Under the pieces are notes generated by a model. It had not been told where the DNA came from and made no database searches. It saw only the letters and a program-made list of their open reading frames with translations. Positions 10,582 to 19,393 of a stretch of DNA of 64,000 nucleotides are shown here, piece after piece. The number at the start of each line of letters is the position of its first letter. The first letter of the stretch is position 1. The DNA is from Acutalibacteraceae bacterium. GTDB taxonomy: Bacteria; Bacillota; Clostridia; Oscillospirales; Acutalibacteraceae. The position numbers and the translations under genes were made by a program. The DNA lies in assembly GCA_045630285.1 (NCBI GenBank), contig JAZQSX010000062.1:29176-93175 (forward strand), given 5' to 3'.

Positions 10582-11538
10582 TCAACGTATCGGCGTGTAC
10601 TCGCCCAGCTTCTCAATACACCGCAGCTTCGCACTGCGACTGCGTGGGTTTTCCGCGAGCTCCTGCTCGGAGGCCTCCGTCGGCTTACGCAGTACCAACC
10701 GGCCTGCCGCCCGCCGTCCGCACACGCACACCGGGAACTCCGGCGGGCAGGTGCAGCCCTTGCAAAAATCGGCAAATCGCTGTTTGACGATGCGGTCCTC
10801 CAGCGAATGAAAGGTGATTACTGCCAAACGGCCACCCACCTTTAATTGATCAAAAGCAACGTCCAACGCCTCGGACAAGCAATCCAGCTCGGCGTTGACA
10901 GCGATACGGAGCGCCTGAAACACCCGACGTGCAGGATGCCCGTCTCGGCGAGCCGCCGCCGGAACAGCTTCCTTTACCAGTTCGGCCAGCTCTGCGGTCG
11001 TTTTAAGTGGGCTCGTCTCACGCCGTCGCACGATCGCCCGAGCGATCGCCCGAGAAAATTTCTCTTCACCAAAGCGGAAAAATATATCCGCCAGTTCCCG
11101 TTCGGTCAGCTCCCTCAACAGATCCGCCGCCGTCGTCCCCTCTTGACTCATCCGCATATCCAGCGGTGCGTCAGCGTGGTACGAAAACCCTCGGGCGGGC
11201 TCGTCCAGCTGATGCGACGAAACACCGATGTCCAACAAAATGCCGTCCACCCGTTCCACGCCCAGCTCCCGCAGCACCCGATCCATATATCGGAAATTGG
11301 AGCGAACCACTGTTGCCGGCAGGCCTTCCAGCCGTGCGCTTGCTTGCACGATCGCATCGGGATCCTGATCCAGTGCGATCAGGCGACCGCCTTGCAACCG
11401 GGAGGCAATGGCGTGCGAGTGACCGCCGCCACCTGCTGTTCCGTCAACGTAGACGCCCTCCGGACAAATTGCCAACGCCGCCAGCGTTTCCTCGAACAGC
11501 ACCGGTCGGTGATACGCATACGCTTGCGTCATATCCAT
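10582..11538 (-). CDS. rsmH: 16S rRNA (cytosine1402-N4)-methyltransferase
   Basis: 318 aa. HRPVLFEE and DGTAGGGGHS SAM-binding motifs. Follows mraZ. Confidence 0.95.
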   Translation of the reverse strand: MDMTQAYAYHRPVLFEETLAALAICPEGVYVDGTAGGGGHSHAIASRLQGGRLIALDQDPDAIVQASARLEGLPATVVRSNFRYMDRVLRELGVERVDGILLDIGVSSHQLDEPARGFSYHADAPLDMRMSQEGTTAADLLRELTERELADIFFRFGEEKFSRAIARAIVRRRETSPLKTTAELAELVKEAVPAAARRDGHPARRVFQALRIAVNAELDCLSEALDVAFDQLKVGGRLAVITFHSLEDRIVKQRFADFCKGCTCPPEFPVCVCGRRAAGRLVLRKPTEASEQELAENPRSRSAKLRCIEKLGEYTPIR

Positions 11539-11539
11539 A

Positions 11540-11959
11540 TCAGAAGCCCAGCTCCATGAACTCGGCTTCCACCTCTTCGGAAGTCATGCCACCCATAGCC
11601 GTCTCGTACGAGGCCGGATTCCAGATCTCGGCACGGTTACCCGCACCGATGACCAGCGCCTCTTTTTCCAGTGCCGCATAATCCAGAAGATGCTTCGGCA
11701 ACAGAATACGGCCCTGCGAATCGATCTGCACGTCTACGGCGTTGGCAGAAAGATACCGCTGCAGCTTGCGTGCCTTGGTAAGCGGCATCTGTGCCAGACC
11801 CTCCTGCAGCTTTTCCCACTCCTCGGTGGAATACAAGCTGACACAATGGTCCATCACCGCTGCGGCGATAAACGACATACCCAGCTTCTCACGCAACTTT
11901 GCGGGGACGAACAAGCGCCCTTTGGCGTCAATATTATGTTGGAAACGACCGTACAGCAC
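11540..11959 (-). CDS. mraZ: transcriptional regulator MraZ
   Basis: 139 aa, GTG start with GGAGGTG RBS. Duplicated DxxGR motifs (DAKGR, DSQGR). Confidence 0.93.
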   Translation of the reverse strand: MLYGRFQHNIDAKGRLFVPAKLREKLGMSFIAAAVMDHCVSLYSTEEWEKLQEGLAQMPLTKARKLQRYLSANAVDVQIDSQGRILLPKHLLDYAALEKEALVIGAGNRAEIWNPASYETAMGGMTSEEVEAEFMELGF

Positions 11960-11997
11960 CTGTTCTTCACCTCCGTTTCAGATGCGCCCCACCGGGC

Positions 11998-12027
11998 TGT
12001 GGAAAACTCTGTGGAAAATGTGGAAAA
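11998..12027 (-). promoter_or_regulatory. three direct TTTTCCACA repeats (DnaA-box-like) in the mraZ leader
   Basis: Plus strand shows TGTGGAAAA at 11998, 12010 and 12019. The same 9-mer recurs in the oriC spacer (44791, 44938) and at 39128. Confidence 0.6.
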
Positions 12028-12030
12028 CCT

Positions 12031-12091
12031 CCACTTTACACCACTTTGCTCCACTTGGTTTCATTATAACGCCACTTTTATAAAAAATCAA
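12031..12091 (-). promoter_or_regulatory. mraZ promoter with phased AAGTGG (MraZ-box-like) repeats
   Basis: Minus strand: TTGATT (12091-12086), 17 nt, TATAAT (12068-12063). AAGTGG sits at 12077-12072, then at 12056, 12046 and 12036 with exact 10-nt spacing. Confidence 0.65.
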
Positions 12092-12130
12092 GATACAATA
12101 TTCAAAATTCTACATCTATTTTTTGCCATA

Positions 12131-12163
12131 AAAAAGGCGCTCAACAAAAGTTGAGCGCCTTGG
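12131..12163 (-). terminator. rho-independent terminator after the AEC transporter gene
   Basis: Stem AAGGCGCTCAAC/GTTGAGCGCCTT followed by a T-run on the minus strand. Confidence 0.75.
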
Positions 12164-12174
12164 AAAAGCGTATC

Positions 12175-13095
12175 TTATGCAATCAGCTTGATCAGAGACA
12201 CAAACAGGGGCATGGTAACGACAGAAAGCAGGGTGGACAGCGCTACCAAATTCACCGCCCGCTCGGTGTCCTGCTCGTATTTTCCGGCGAACATCGATAC
12301 CGCCGCCGCCACGGGAGCGCTGGCGGAAATCGCCATTGACAGCAGCAGCGTATCCCGAATCCCCGCCAGATATAAGATACCGACCGTGATCGCCGGTACC
12401 AGCAGTAACCGTACCGCACACACCAGATAGTACGTTTTGTCCTTGAGAATCTTGCCGAGATTTACTTTTGACAGCGAATAGCCGATAAACAGCATCGGTA
12501 CCGGTGTGTTGAGTGCCGCCAGATGTGAGATCGGCGTGCGAATCAGCGACGGCAGCTGAACCGGCAACACCAAAATGATCACACCCGCCACCAGACCGAT
12601 CACACCGGGGTTGATGAGAATTTTCCGAACAGGGATCCGCTTGGACGAACGATCCATCGTCATCAGGCCATAGGTCCACAGCGTCAGGTTGAACGCCGTA
12701 ACGTAGGCGGCGCCGTAAAACACCCCTTGGTCCCCCAGCACCGCTTGCTGCAACGGGAGGCCCATAAACCCGGCGTTGGAAAGCACCGTCGCCATGCGCA
12801 GCACCCGATCACGGGGTGTATCTTTTCGATAAAAGGCTTGCGCCAATCCGATCGCAACCAGATGGATCCCGATACCAAGCAGCAGAGCCGTACCAAGCTC
12901 CTGTACCACCGACCAACTGAACTCCCGCTCGAACGACAGTGCGATAACGCACGGCGATGCCAACAACAGCGTAACGTCCGACATGGCTTTGGCACCGGTG
13001 TCGCCGATCACCTTGCCTTTTCCCAAAAAATAACCGCACAAAATGAGGACGAACAGGATCAGCACCTGCTGACCGACCGTCAAAAAATATTCCAT
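12175..13095 (-). CDS. AEC (auxin efflux carrier) family permease
   Basis: Polytopic, roughly 10 TM. Start moved to MEYFLTVGQQ (ATG 13095), which has an AGGAGG RBS. The track ORF extends to 13152. Confidence 0.8.
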   Translation of the reverse strand: MEYFLTVGQQVLILFVLILCGYFLGKGKVIGDTGAKAMSDVTLLLASPCVIALSFEREFSWSVVQELGTALLLGIGIHLVAIGLAQAFYRKDTPRDRVLRMATVLSNAGFMGLPLQQAVLGDQGVFYGAAYVTAFNLTLWTYGLMTMDRSSKRIPVRKILINPGVIGLVAGVIILVLPVQLPSLIRTPISHLAALNTPVPMLFIGYSLSKVNLGKILKDKTYYLVCAVRLLLVPAITVGILYLAGIRDTLLLSMAISASAPVAAAVSMFAGKYEQDTERAVNLVALSTLLSVVTMPLFVSLIKLIA

Positions 13096-13164
13096 ACGCC
13101 GCCTCCTTTTCCGCAGCCTCCTGCTATTGTACCCCAAAAAGCGGCAAAACACAAGAGAAAATAC

Positions 13165-13196
13165 AGCGCCTTTGAGAAATCTCTCAAAGGCGCTGT
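13165..13196 (-). terminator. rho-independent terminator
   Basis: Perfect stem CAGCGCCTTTGAGA/TCTCAAAGGCGCTG. T-rich tail on the minus strand. Confidence 0.7.
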
Positions 13197-13211
13197 CATT
13201 GCATTATCCGA

Positions 13212-13553
13212 TCAGGCACAGCGGTTTGCCACGGGGCGGTTGAGCTCATACAGCACCCGCTCCGATGCCACACGGCGGTATACCTCACGCTGCCGGCGAC
13301 GATTGCGGGCTCGGGCAGCATCCTTTTTCAGTGCCAGCGCACAGCAAGCAAATACCGTAAGGCGGCACGCCATCAATACAACCTCCAGCACGACCGGCAC
13401 TGCCGTGAACACCACACCGCACACTGCCAGCTCCATCATCGCCATCACACCGGGGATCCACGCCATACGGTGCGACGTTGTGTGCGTCTCCTTCATCGCC
13501 ATAAAAAACGTCATCGCCCCGAAAGCCACGGCTACGATCACACGAAAAGTCAT
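13212..13553 (-). CDS. small 3-TM membrane protein with Arg-rich C-terminal tail, function unknown
   Basis: 113 aa. GGGAGG RBS, own consensus promoter and own terminator. I recognise no family. Confidence 0.6.
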   Translation of the reverse strand: MTFRVIVAVAFGAMTFFMAMKETHTTSHRMAWIPGVMAMMELAVCGVVFTAVPVVLEVVLMACRLTVFACCALALKKDAARARNRRRQREVYRRVASERVLYELNRPVANRCA

Positions 13554-13610
13554 ACAAACTACCTCCCAAAAGCTGTTCGGAAACCCCGAACAAATGTTTG
13601 TTGTGGTTTG

Positions 13611-13638
13611 ATTATAGCACGTTTTTGGCGCTTGTCAA
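13611..13638 (-). promoter_or_regulatory. near-consensus sigma-A promoter (TTGACA-16-TGcTATAAT)
   Basis: Minus strand reads TTGACAagcgccaaaaacgTGcTATAAT. A leader hairpin TGTTCGG/CCGAACA (13574-13592) followed by CTTTT lies just before the RBS. Confidence 0.65.
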
Positions 13639-13713
13639 TAGAAAATCGAAAATTTGTTCGGTTTTTTTGAATAAGAAAGCCCCGCACACCGTCGAAGGTC
13701 TACGGGGATGTTC

Positions 13714-14559
13714 TTACTTCATCAGAGTACGAGCTGCCGTCAGGGTGTTTTTCAGCAGCATCGCAATGGTCATCGGACCTACGCCGCCCGGAACGGGCGT
13801 GAGATAGCCCGCCACCTCGTCGACCGACGGGTCCACGTCACCACAGAGCTTGCCGTCGGCACCACGGTTGATACCAACATCCACCACCACGGCACCGGGC
13901 TTGACCATGTCGGGAGTCACAAAGCCCGCTCGTCCCACAGCGGCAACCAAAACGTCTGCTTCACGGCAGATGTCAGCAAGATTCTTGGTGCGGGAATGAC
14001 AGATCGTAACGGTTGCGTTTTCATGCAGCAGCAGCATCGCCATCGGTTTTCCGACGATGTTGCTGCGGCCGATCACAACACAGTGCTTGCCCTCCACCGT
14101 AATATTGGTGCGATGCAGTAGTTCCATCACGCCCGCCGGTGTGCAGGGTAAAAACGTATAGTCGCCGATCAGGATCTGTCCGACGTTGGCGGCGTGGAAG
14201 GCATCCACGTCTTTTTGCGGCGAAATAGCAGCAATGACCGCCTTGTCGTCTAGGTGCTTCGGAAGCGGAAGCTGGCACAAAATGCCGTGAATATCCGAGC
14301 GTGCATTCAGCTCCTCCACCAAAGAAAGCAACTGCTCCTGCGTGGTCTCCGCAGGGAGCGCAAACTCTTCAGAATGAATTCCCGCTTCGGCGCACGCCTT
14401 CTTTTTATTGTTTACATACACACGGGAAGCCGGATCGTCGCCCACCACGATGACGGCAAGCCCCGGCGTCTTTCCCTGTTTCACCATTTCCTCAACCTCG
14501 GCACGTACTTCCTGCCGCACCGCCGCCGCAATGGCTTTTCCGTCAATTTTGATCGCCAT
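13714..14559 (-). CDS. folD: bifunctional methylenetetrahydrofolate dehydrogenase/cyclohydrolase
   Basis: Starts [20 protein letters not shown] and PGGVGPMT motifs. The track ORF extends 8 codons further upstream. Confidence 0.93.
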   Translation of the reverse strand: MAIKIDGKAIAAAVRQEVRAEVEEMVKQGKTPGLAVIVVGDDPASRVYVNNKKKACAEAGIHSEEFALPAETTQEQLLSLVEELNARSDIHGILCQLPLPKHLDDKAVIAAISPQKDVDAFHAANVGQILIGDYTFLPCTPAGVMELLHRTNITVEGKHCVVIGRSNIVGKPMAMLLLHENATVTICHSRTKNLADICREADVLVAAVGRAGFVTPDMVKPGAVVVDVGINRGADGKLCGDVDPSVDEVAGYLTPVPGGVGPMTIAMLLKNTLTAARTLMK

Positions 14560-15559
14560 CGATAGTCTCCTCTTCCGCCACAACCTCTGCCGTCTGCTCC
14601 ACAGCTTCCTCGGTCACTTCTTCCATCACTTCTTCAACTGTCTCGGCGGTCGTCTCTTCCTCCGTCGGCAAAACACCGTCGGCCGGCAACGGTTCCTCCT
14701 CAAACAGGTTCTTCGGCGAACGGTTATCACGGTTCTTCAGCAGGAAATACAACACCAGACCGCCGACAACCGAAAGCGCCGCCACCAGGCAGGACACCGG
14801 CATCGTGCTCGTACCGATGTACAAACTGTCGGTGCGAAGCATTTCGATAAAGAAACGACCGGTGCCGTACCACATAATGTATATCGAGAACAGCTGTCCA
14901 CGGAAACGGTAGGCTTTCTTGGAAACGATATGTATCAAGAGTAACCCAAGCAGGCACCACAGTGACTCATACAGGAAGGTCGGATGCACCGGCTGCGTAG
15001 GATCGTACCCGGTGGCGTTGGCATACGGACTGCCGATGATGTTGCCCGTCATGCCCCACGGCAAGGTTGTGTTCGTACCAAACGCTTCCTGATTGAAGAA
15101 GTTGCCCCAACGGCCGATCGCCTGACCGATCAAAAAACCGGGCGCCGCCAGATCGAACATCCGCATCGTATCCACTTTTTTGAGACGGCACATCCACAGC
15201 GCCGTCAAAAATGCGCCGATCACGCCGCCGTAGATCGCCAAGCCGCCTTCCCACACCTTTAAGATGCTTATGGGATCGTCAAAATACTGTGCTCGATCTT
15301 CGGAAAAAACGACGTAGTACAGCCGTGCGCAAACGAACGCAAACAGCGTGCACACCAGCACGACGTCCGTCATGGAATCCTTGGAGATCTTAAACTCATT
15401 GGCACGGCGGTAAGCGTACACCACCGCCAGGAAAAAGCCAACCGCAATCAACAAACCGTACCAGCGGATCGAGAAATCGTGCCCACCGATCGCAAAGGAA
15501 AAGATTTCCTGATCAACGTGAAACTCCCACCCGAGTCCCGGAAAAGAAATTGTATCCAT
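14543..15559 (-). CDS. lgt: prolipoprotein diacylglyceryl transferase with acidic C-terminal extension
   Basis: 338 aa. [13 protein letters not shown] and [10 protein letters not shown] motifs. The last roughly 60 aa are E/T/V-rich. The 3' end overlaps the folD start by 17 nt. Confidence 0.92.
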   Translation of the reverse strand: MDTISFPGLGWEFHVDQEIFSFAIGGHDFSIRWYGLLIAVGFFLAVVYAYRRANEFKISKDSMTDVVLVCTLFAFVCARLYYVVFSEDRAQYFDDPISILKVWEGGLAIYGGVIGAFLTALWMCRLKKVDTMRMFDLAAPGFLIGQAIGRWGNFFNQEAFGTNTTLPWGMTGNIIGSPYANATGYDPTQPVHPTFLYESLWCLLGLLLIHIVSKKAYRFRGQLFSIYIMWYGTGRFFIEMLRTDSLYIGTSTMPVSCLVAALSVVGGLVLYFLLKNRDNRSPKNLFEEEPLPADGVLPTEEETTAETVEEVMEEVTEEAVEQTAEVVAEEETIDGDQN

Positions 15560-15580
15560 ACATGTACCATCCTTTCTGTT

Positions 15581-16870
15581 TTACAACGGGAAAACTATCG
15601 ACAACGAGGAAGCGTTTTCCTCAAAATCCGACATCAAGCGCTGCGTGACATCCTCCACGGTAAGCGACGCCACCGCCTCCAAAAGATCAAACACACCAAA
15701 TCCGTCCATGTGCGCTGCCGTCAGCAGGTCGCCACAGGATTCCGGATGATCCAGATCGCTGATCATCTGCCCGTACACGGCGTTGCGGGCCGCTGCAAAG
15801 TCGGCCGGATCGATACCGTCCCGCTGCAGACGTCGCACTTCGTCTCGGAACGCCGCCGCCACCGCATCGGGATCCCGTGATTCGCCGCCGACGATCCACG
15901 TGCCGAAGCCCGGGCCGTTGAAATACTCGGCGTCGAACGAGGTGTTTATCAGCTCTTGCTTCATCAGCGCCGTGTAGAGCGCCGACGAACGGCCCGCCAG
16001 GATCTCCTCCAGCACCTGCGCCGCCGCCAACGCTTGCGGCGACTCTGCTTTCAACCCCTCGGTGGTATCCAATGGCACCTTGTATCCGAGATAAAACAGC
16101 GGCACCGCCACCGGCATCGCCACCTCAGTACGAGACGAAACCGCTTCGCGCGGCTCACAAACCGGCGCACGGCTCGGCACGTTCGGCTCACACGGCCGCA
16201 AAAGACGGTCGGCGACCTCCTCCACCTGCTCGCACGTAACGTTTCCCGCTACCGCCAGCACCATATTATGGAGATTATAAAACGTATCGTAGCAGGAATA
16301 CAACAGCTCGGGGGTGATTTCCGCAATCGACTCCACCGTTCCCGCAATATCGGTGCGCACCGGGTGTTCTTTGTACAGGCCCGTCAGCAAATTGCAAAAC
16401 ACCCGACGGAACGGAGAATCTTCGCCCATGCGGATTTCCTGCCCGATGATGCCCCGTTCTTTTTCGACGGTTTTTTCGGTAAAATACGGTTTTTGCACGA
16501 AATCAAGCAGAATTTCCAGCGAATCCGTCAGGTTTTGTGTGCAGGTAAACAAGTACGCCGTCTCGTCAAACGAGGTAAACGCATTGGCGTTGGCGCCCGT
16601 CTCGGCGTACCGTTCAAACGCATCGCAATCCTCATTTTCAAACAGCTTATGCTCAAGATAATGCGCCGTGCCTGCCGGGAGCAGGATCGGCTCCCCTTTT
16701 CCGTTTGTGAGGCAGGCGGTGTCGATCGCCCCGTAATTGGTAGCAAACACCGCATAGGACGTGACGAATTTTTTCTTCGGCCACACATAGATCGGAAGAC
16801 CCGAACGGTGGCGAAGAAAATAACAGCTTTCTTCCGCTCTGTCACTGCGGATTTCTTTCCACTCAGCCAT
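15581..16870 (-). CDS. M16 family zinc peptidase, catalytic subunit-like
   Basis: HxxEH motif present (AHYLEHKLF). Start set at MAEWKEI (ATG 16870), overlapping the upstream gene's stop by 8 nt. Confidence 0.85.
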   Translation of the reverse strand: MAEWKEIRSDRAEESCYFLRHRSGLPIYVWPKKKFVTSYAVFATNYGAIDTACLTNGKGEPILLPAGTAHYLEHKLFENEDCDAFERYAETGANANAFTSFDETAYLFTCTQNLTDSLEILLDFVQKPYFTEKTVEKERGIIGQEIRMGEDSPFRRVFCNLLTGLYKEHPVRTDIAGTVESIAEITPELLYSCYDTFYNLHNMVLAVAGNVTCEQVEEVADRLLRPCEPNVPSRAPVCEPREAVSSRTEVAMPVAVPLFYLGYKVPLDTTEGLKAESPQALAAAQVLEEILAGRSSALYTALMKQELINTSFDAEYFNGPGFGTWIVGGESRDPDAVAAAFRDEVRRLQRDGIDPADFAAARNAVYGQMISDLDHPESCGDLLTAAHMDGFGVFDLLEAVASLTVEDVTQRLMSDFEENASSLSIVFPL

Positions 16871-18143
16871 CGGCGTTATCCTCCTGTGCCAGCAGATATA
16901 CACACTCGCAACGCAACCGACGGGCGGCACGAATGACCGCCTCCCGATCCACCGCTTCCACCGAGCGGCACAGCTCCTGCGGAGTATCGCATTTCGGCAG
17001 CAGCGTTTGCGAAATATACCAGCCCGCTATACCCGACTGCGAATCGTCGATCACTTCGGCGCCCTGGATCACGCAGCGGCGTGCCGCCTCCATATCCTCG
17101 TCGGTAAACTCGCCGTTGGCGATCGCCTCGATCTGGCGCAGAATCTCCTGCTCGGCACGCTCGGCATTCGCTTCGTCCACACCGCTTTGTACCAGCAGCA
17201 CACCCTTCATTCGATCGTACGACGAAGAACAATAATAACACAAGCTCAATTTTTCACGCACGTTGCGGAACAACAGCGAGGACGGCGTTGCGCCCAAAAT
17301 GGCATTCATCAGCCGTGTGGCAGCCACGTCCTCGTGCGGCTCGGCACAATCGGTGCGGAATCCCATGACCAGCTTGGATTGCTTGATCGCCATACGCTCG
17401 GTATGGCGGCACAAGGTGGGCAAATGAGAAGTAACGTCGGTAGCACACCGCACAAGGGTCCGTTCCTCCACCGTAGAAAATCCACGGCAAAACGCCTCTT
17501 CCACCTGCGGCATTGCCCCGTCGTTCTGCACGATCACACGTACCGTCGCCTCCCGCAGCGCTCGCTTCCACGCAACCGTAAGCCGTTCGGGAGTCAACGC
17601 TTCAATAACCTCTGCACTGCCGAATCTACCGATGCCGTACGCCTCGTCGGGACACAGCAATTCCTCGGCACGGCGGCGGGCATACCAGCGCTTGTCGTTG
17701 ATCTGCGCACGCACCGTCTCCGCCAAGCAGCGGCGCTCGGTCTCCACGTCCTCAGTGCGGAACACGCCGCCCTCCAACGCCGGGCGAAACAGCATCTCAC
17801 ACAACAGCTCCGCACAAGCGGCGGTAACCTGTTCGCCGTTCAACGCATAGCGGTCAGCAGTGGCCTCGGCGGTAAACAGCAACAGCTGCGCCTCGCCGAC
17901 ACGTAACACACTTCCCGTCACCGCTGCGCCGTACAGCTCATTTAACCGGCGGTGAAGCGCCGTGAAATCGGGATACGCCGCACACGCCCGTGTCAACAAA
18001 CCGGGCAAAAGGGCGTACTCCTCCACCGTCTCACGGGACAACGGAAGAAACAGCCCCACATTGACCTGTGCCGTTTTGAAGCGTGCGTCCGGCAGCGTCA
18101 TACACTCCACGCCCGCACACAGTTGTCGTATCGTCGGTTGCAC
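16863..18143 (-). CDS. M16 family peptidase-like protein lacking the HxxEH motif
   Basis: 426 aa of pitrilysin-like length, translationally coupled to the next gene. I found no HxxEH. Confidence 0.75.
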   Translation of the reverse strand: MQPTIRQLCAGVECMTLPDARFKTAQVNVGLFLPLSRETVEEYALLPGLLTRACAAYPDFTALHRRLNELYGAAVTGSVLRVGEAQLLLFTAEATADRYALNGEQVTAACAELLCEMLFRPALEGGVFRTEDVETERRCLAETVRAQINDKRWYARRRAEELLCPDEAYGIGRFGSAEVIEALTPERLTVAWKRALREATVRVIVQNDGAMPQVEEAFCRGFSTVEERTLVRCATDVTSHLPTLCRHTERMAIKQSKLVMGFRTDCAEPHEDVAATRLMNAILGATPSSLLFRNVREKLSLCYYCSSSYDRMKGVLLVQSGVDEANAERAEQEILRQIEAIANGEFTDEDMEAARRCVIQGAEVIDDSQSGIAGWYISQTLLPKCDTPQELCRSVEAVDREAVIRAARRLRCECVYLLAQEDNADG

Positions 18144-18217
18144 AGCAATTCCTCCGTTTCGTAAGATTTTCTTTATTGTATCACACTTTTTTGCGTGAGA
18201 AAAGACTTATTTTCGAT

Positions 18218-19390
18218 TTATTCGTTACGAAGCGCCTCCACCGGCTGCAATCGGGAGGCTTTGTAGGCCGGATACACCCCGAACACGCCACCGATGAGCA
18301 GTGAAAATCCGAACAAGCCGAAGAACAGCCCCGTCGGGAACACCACGGCTACTCCCGCCGCCTGCAAAATGAGCAGCAGCACGATTGCGGGAAGCATTCC
18401 CAGCACCGCTCCTGCCGCCGACAAAATCACCGCCTCGGCGAGAAACTCCCACAGAATTCGTTTTTCGGTAGCGCCGATCGCCTTTTTGATGCCGATCTCC
18501 CGGGTTCGCTCCGACACCGCCGACAGCATCGACGTCACAATGCCAAACCCCGACACCACCAACGAAATGGCGCTGAGCGCTGTCAGCACCAGCGCTACGA
18601 CATCCACCAACTGCTCCAAGCGATCCTTTTGCACTGCCAAGTTATCGGTACGAAACGGGGCGTTGCCGTCATACAACCGATCCAGTGCACGGTCGATGCG
18701 GCGCTGCGCCGTGTTGACCGACGCCGGCTTGACCCGCACCGCCACCTGGTCGAAAGCGATCTGGCCGGTGAGGTTGGTATGTGTGGTATACGGCATATAC
18801 AGCATCCCGGGGATAAAGGACGTGAAATTCTGCAGCAAGCTGCTTCCGGTTTCGGTGATACCGACTACCGTCAGCTTTTCGGTATACTTTCCGTACCGCA
18901 CCGTCACCTCTTTACCCACCAAATTGGTGCGCCCGTACAGCAGTCGTGCCAACGCTTCGTCCAGCACACAGACTCTGGCTGACGTCTTGACGTCACCCGG
19001 TGTGATCAGCCGCCCGTGCAGCAGTTTTAGCGAAATGATCTGCCCCGCACCGGAATCAATGCCGCACAACACCGATTCTCCTGATGAAAAGGAAGTCGAT
19101 ACCGCCCCCATTTGTACCATCAACGGCATAGCGGTTTCCACGCAGGACAGCGCCCGGATCTCCTCGAGCGCCTCCTCGCCGATCAGCTCACCGCCACTCT
19201 CTGCCATAACCGATACCCCGTTGACACCCAGACTGTCCAGCTCCTCATTCACCAGCTGACGCCCCACCACGCCGATAACCGATACCGACGCCACCATCAT
19301 CACACCAACCGCAATGCCAACCACCGTCAGCACGGTGCGATTGCGCTTGCGAAGCAGCCCCCGAAACGCTCCTTTTATCAGTTCTCCCAT
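18218..19390 (-). CDS. MacB/FtsX-type ABC transporter permease (no ATPase domain)
   Basis: 390 aa. N-terminal TM, large extracytoplasmic domain, three C-terminal TMs ending in the FtsX-like GVYPAYKASRLQPVEALR. Confidence 0.85.
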   Translation of the reverse strand: MGELIKGAFRGLLRKRNRTVLTVVGIAVGVMMVASVSVIGVVGRQLVNEELDSLGVNGVSVMAESGGELIGEEALEEIRALSCVETAMPLMVQMGAVSTSFSSGESVLCGIDSGAGQIISLKLLHGRLITPGDVKTSARVCVLDEALARLLYGRTNLVGKEVTVRYGKYTEKLTVVGITETGSSLLQNFTSFIPGMLYMPYTTHTNLTGQIAFDQVAVRVKPASVNTAQRRIDRALDRLYDGNAPFRTDNLAVQKDRLEQLVDVVALVLTALSAISLVVSGFGIVTSMLSAVSERTREIGIKKAIGATEKRILWEFLAEAVILSAAGAVLGMLPAIVLLLILQAAGVAVVFPTGLFFGLFGFSLLIGGVFGVYPAYKASRLQPVEALRNE

Positions 19391-19393
19391 GAC

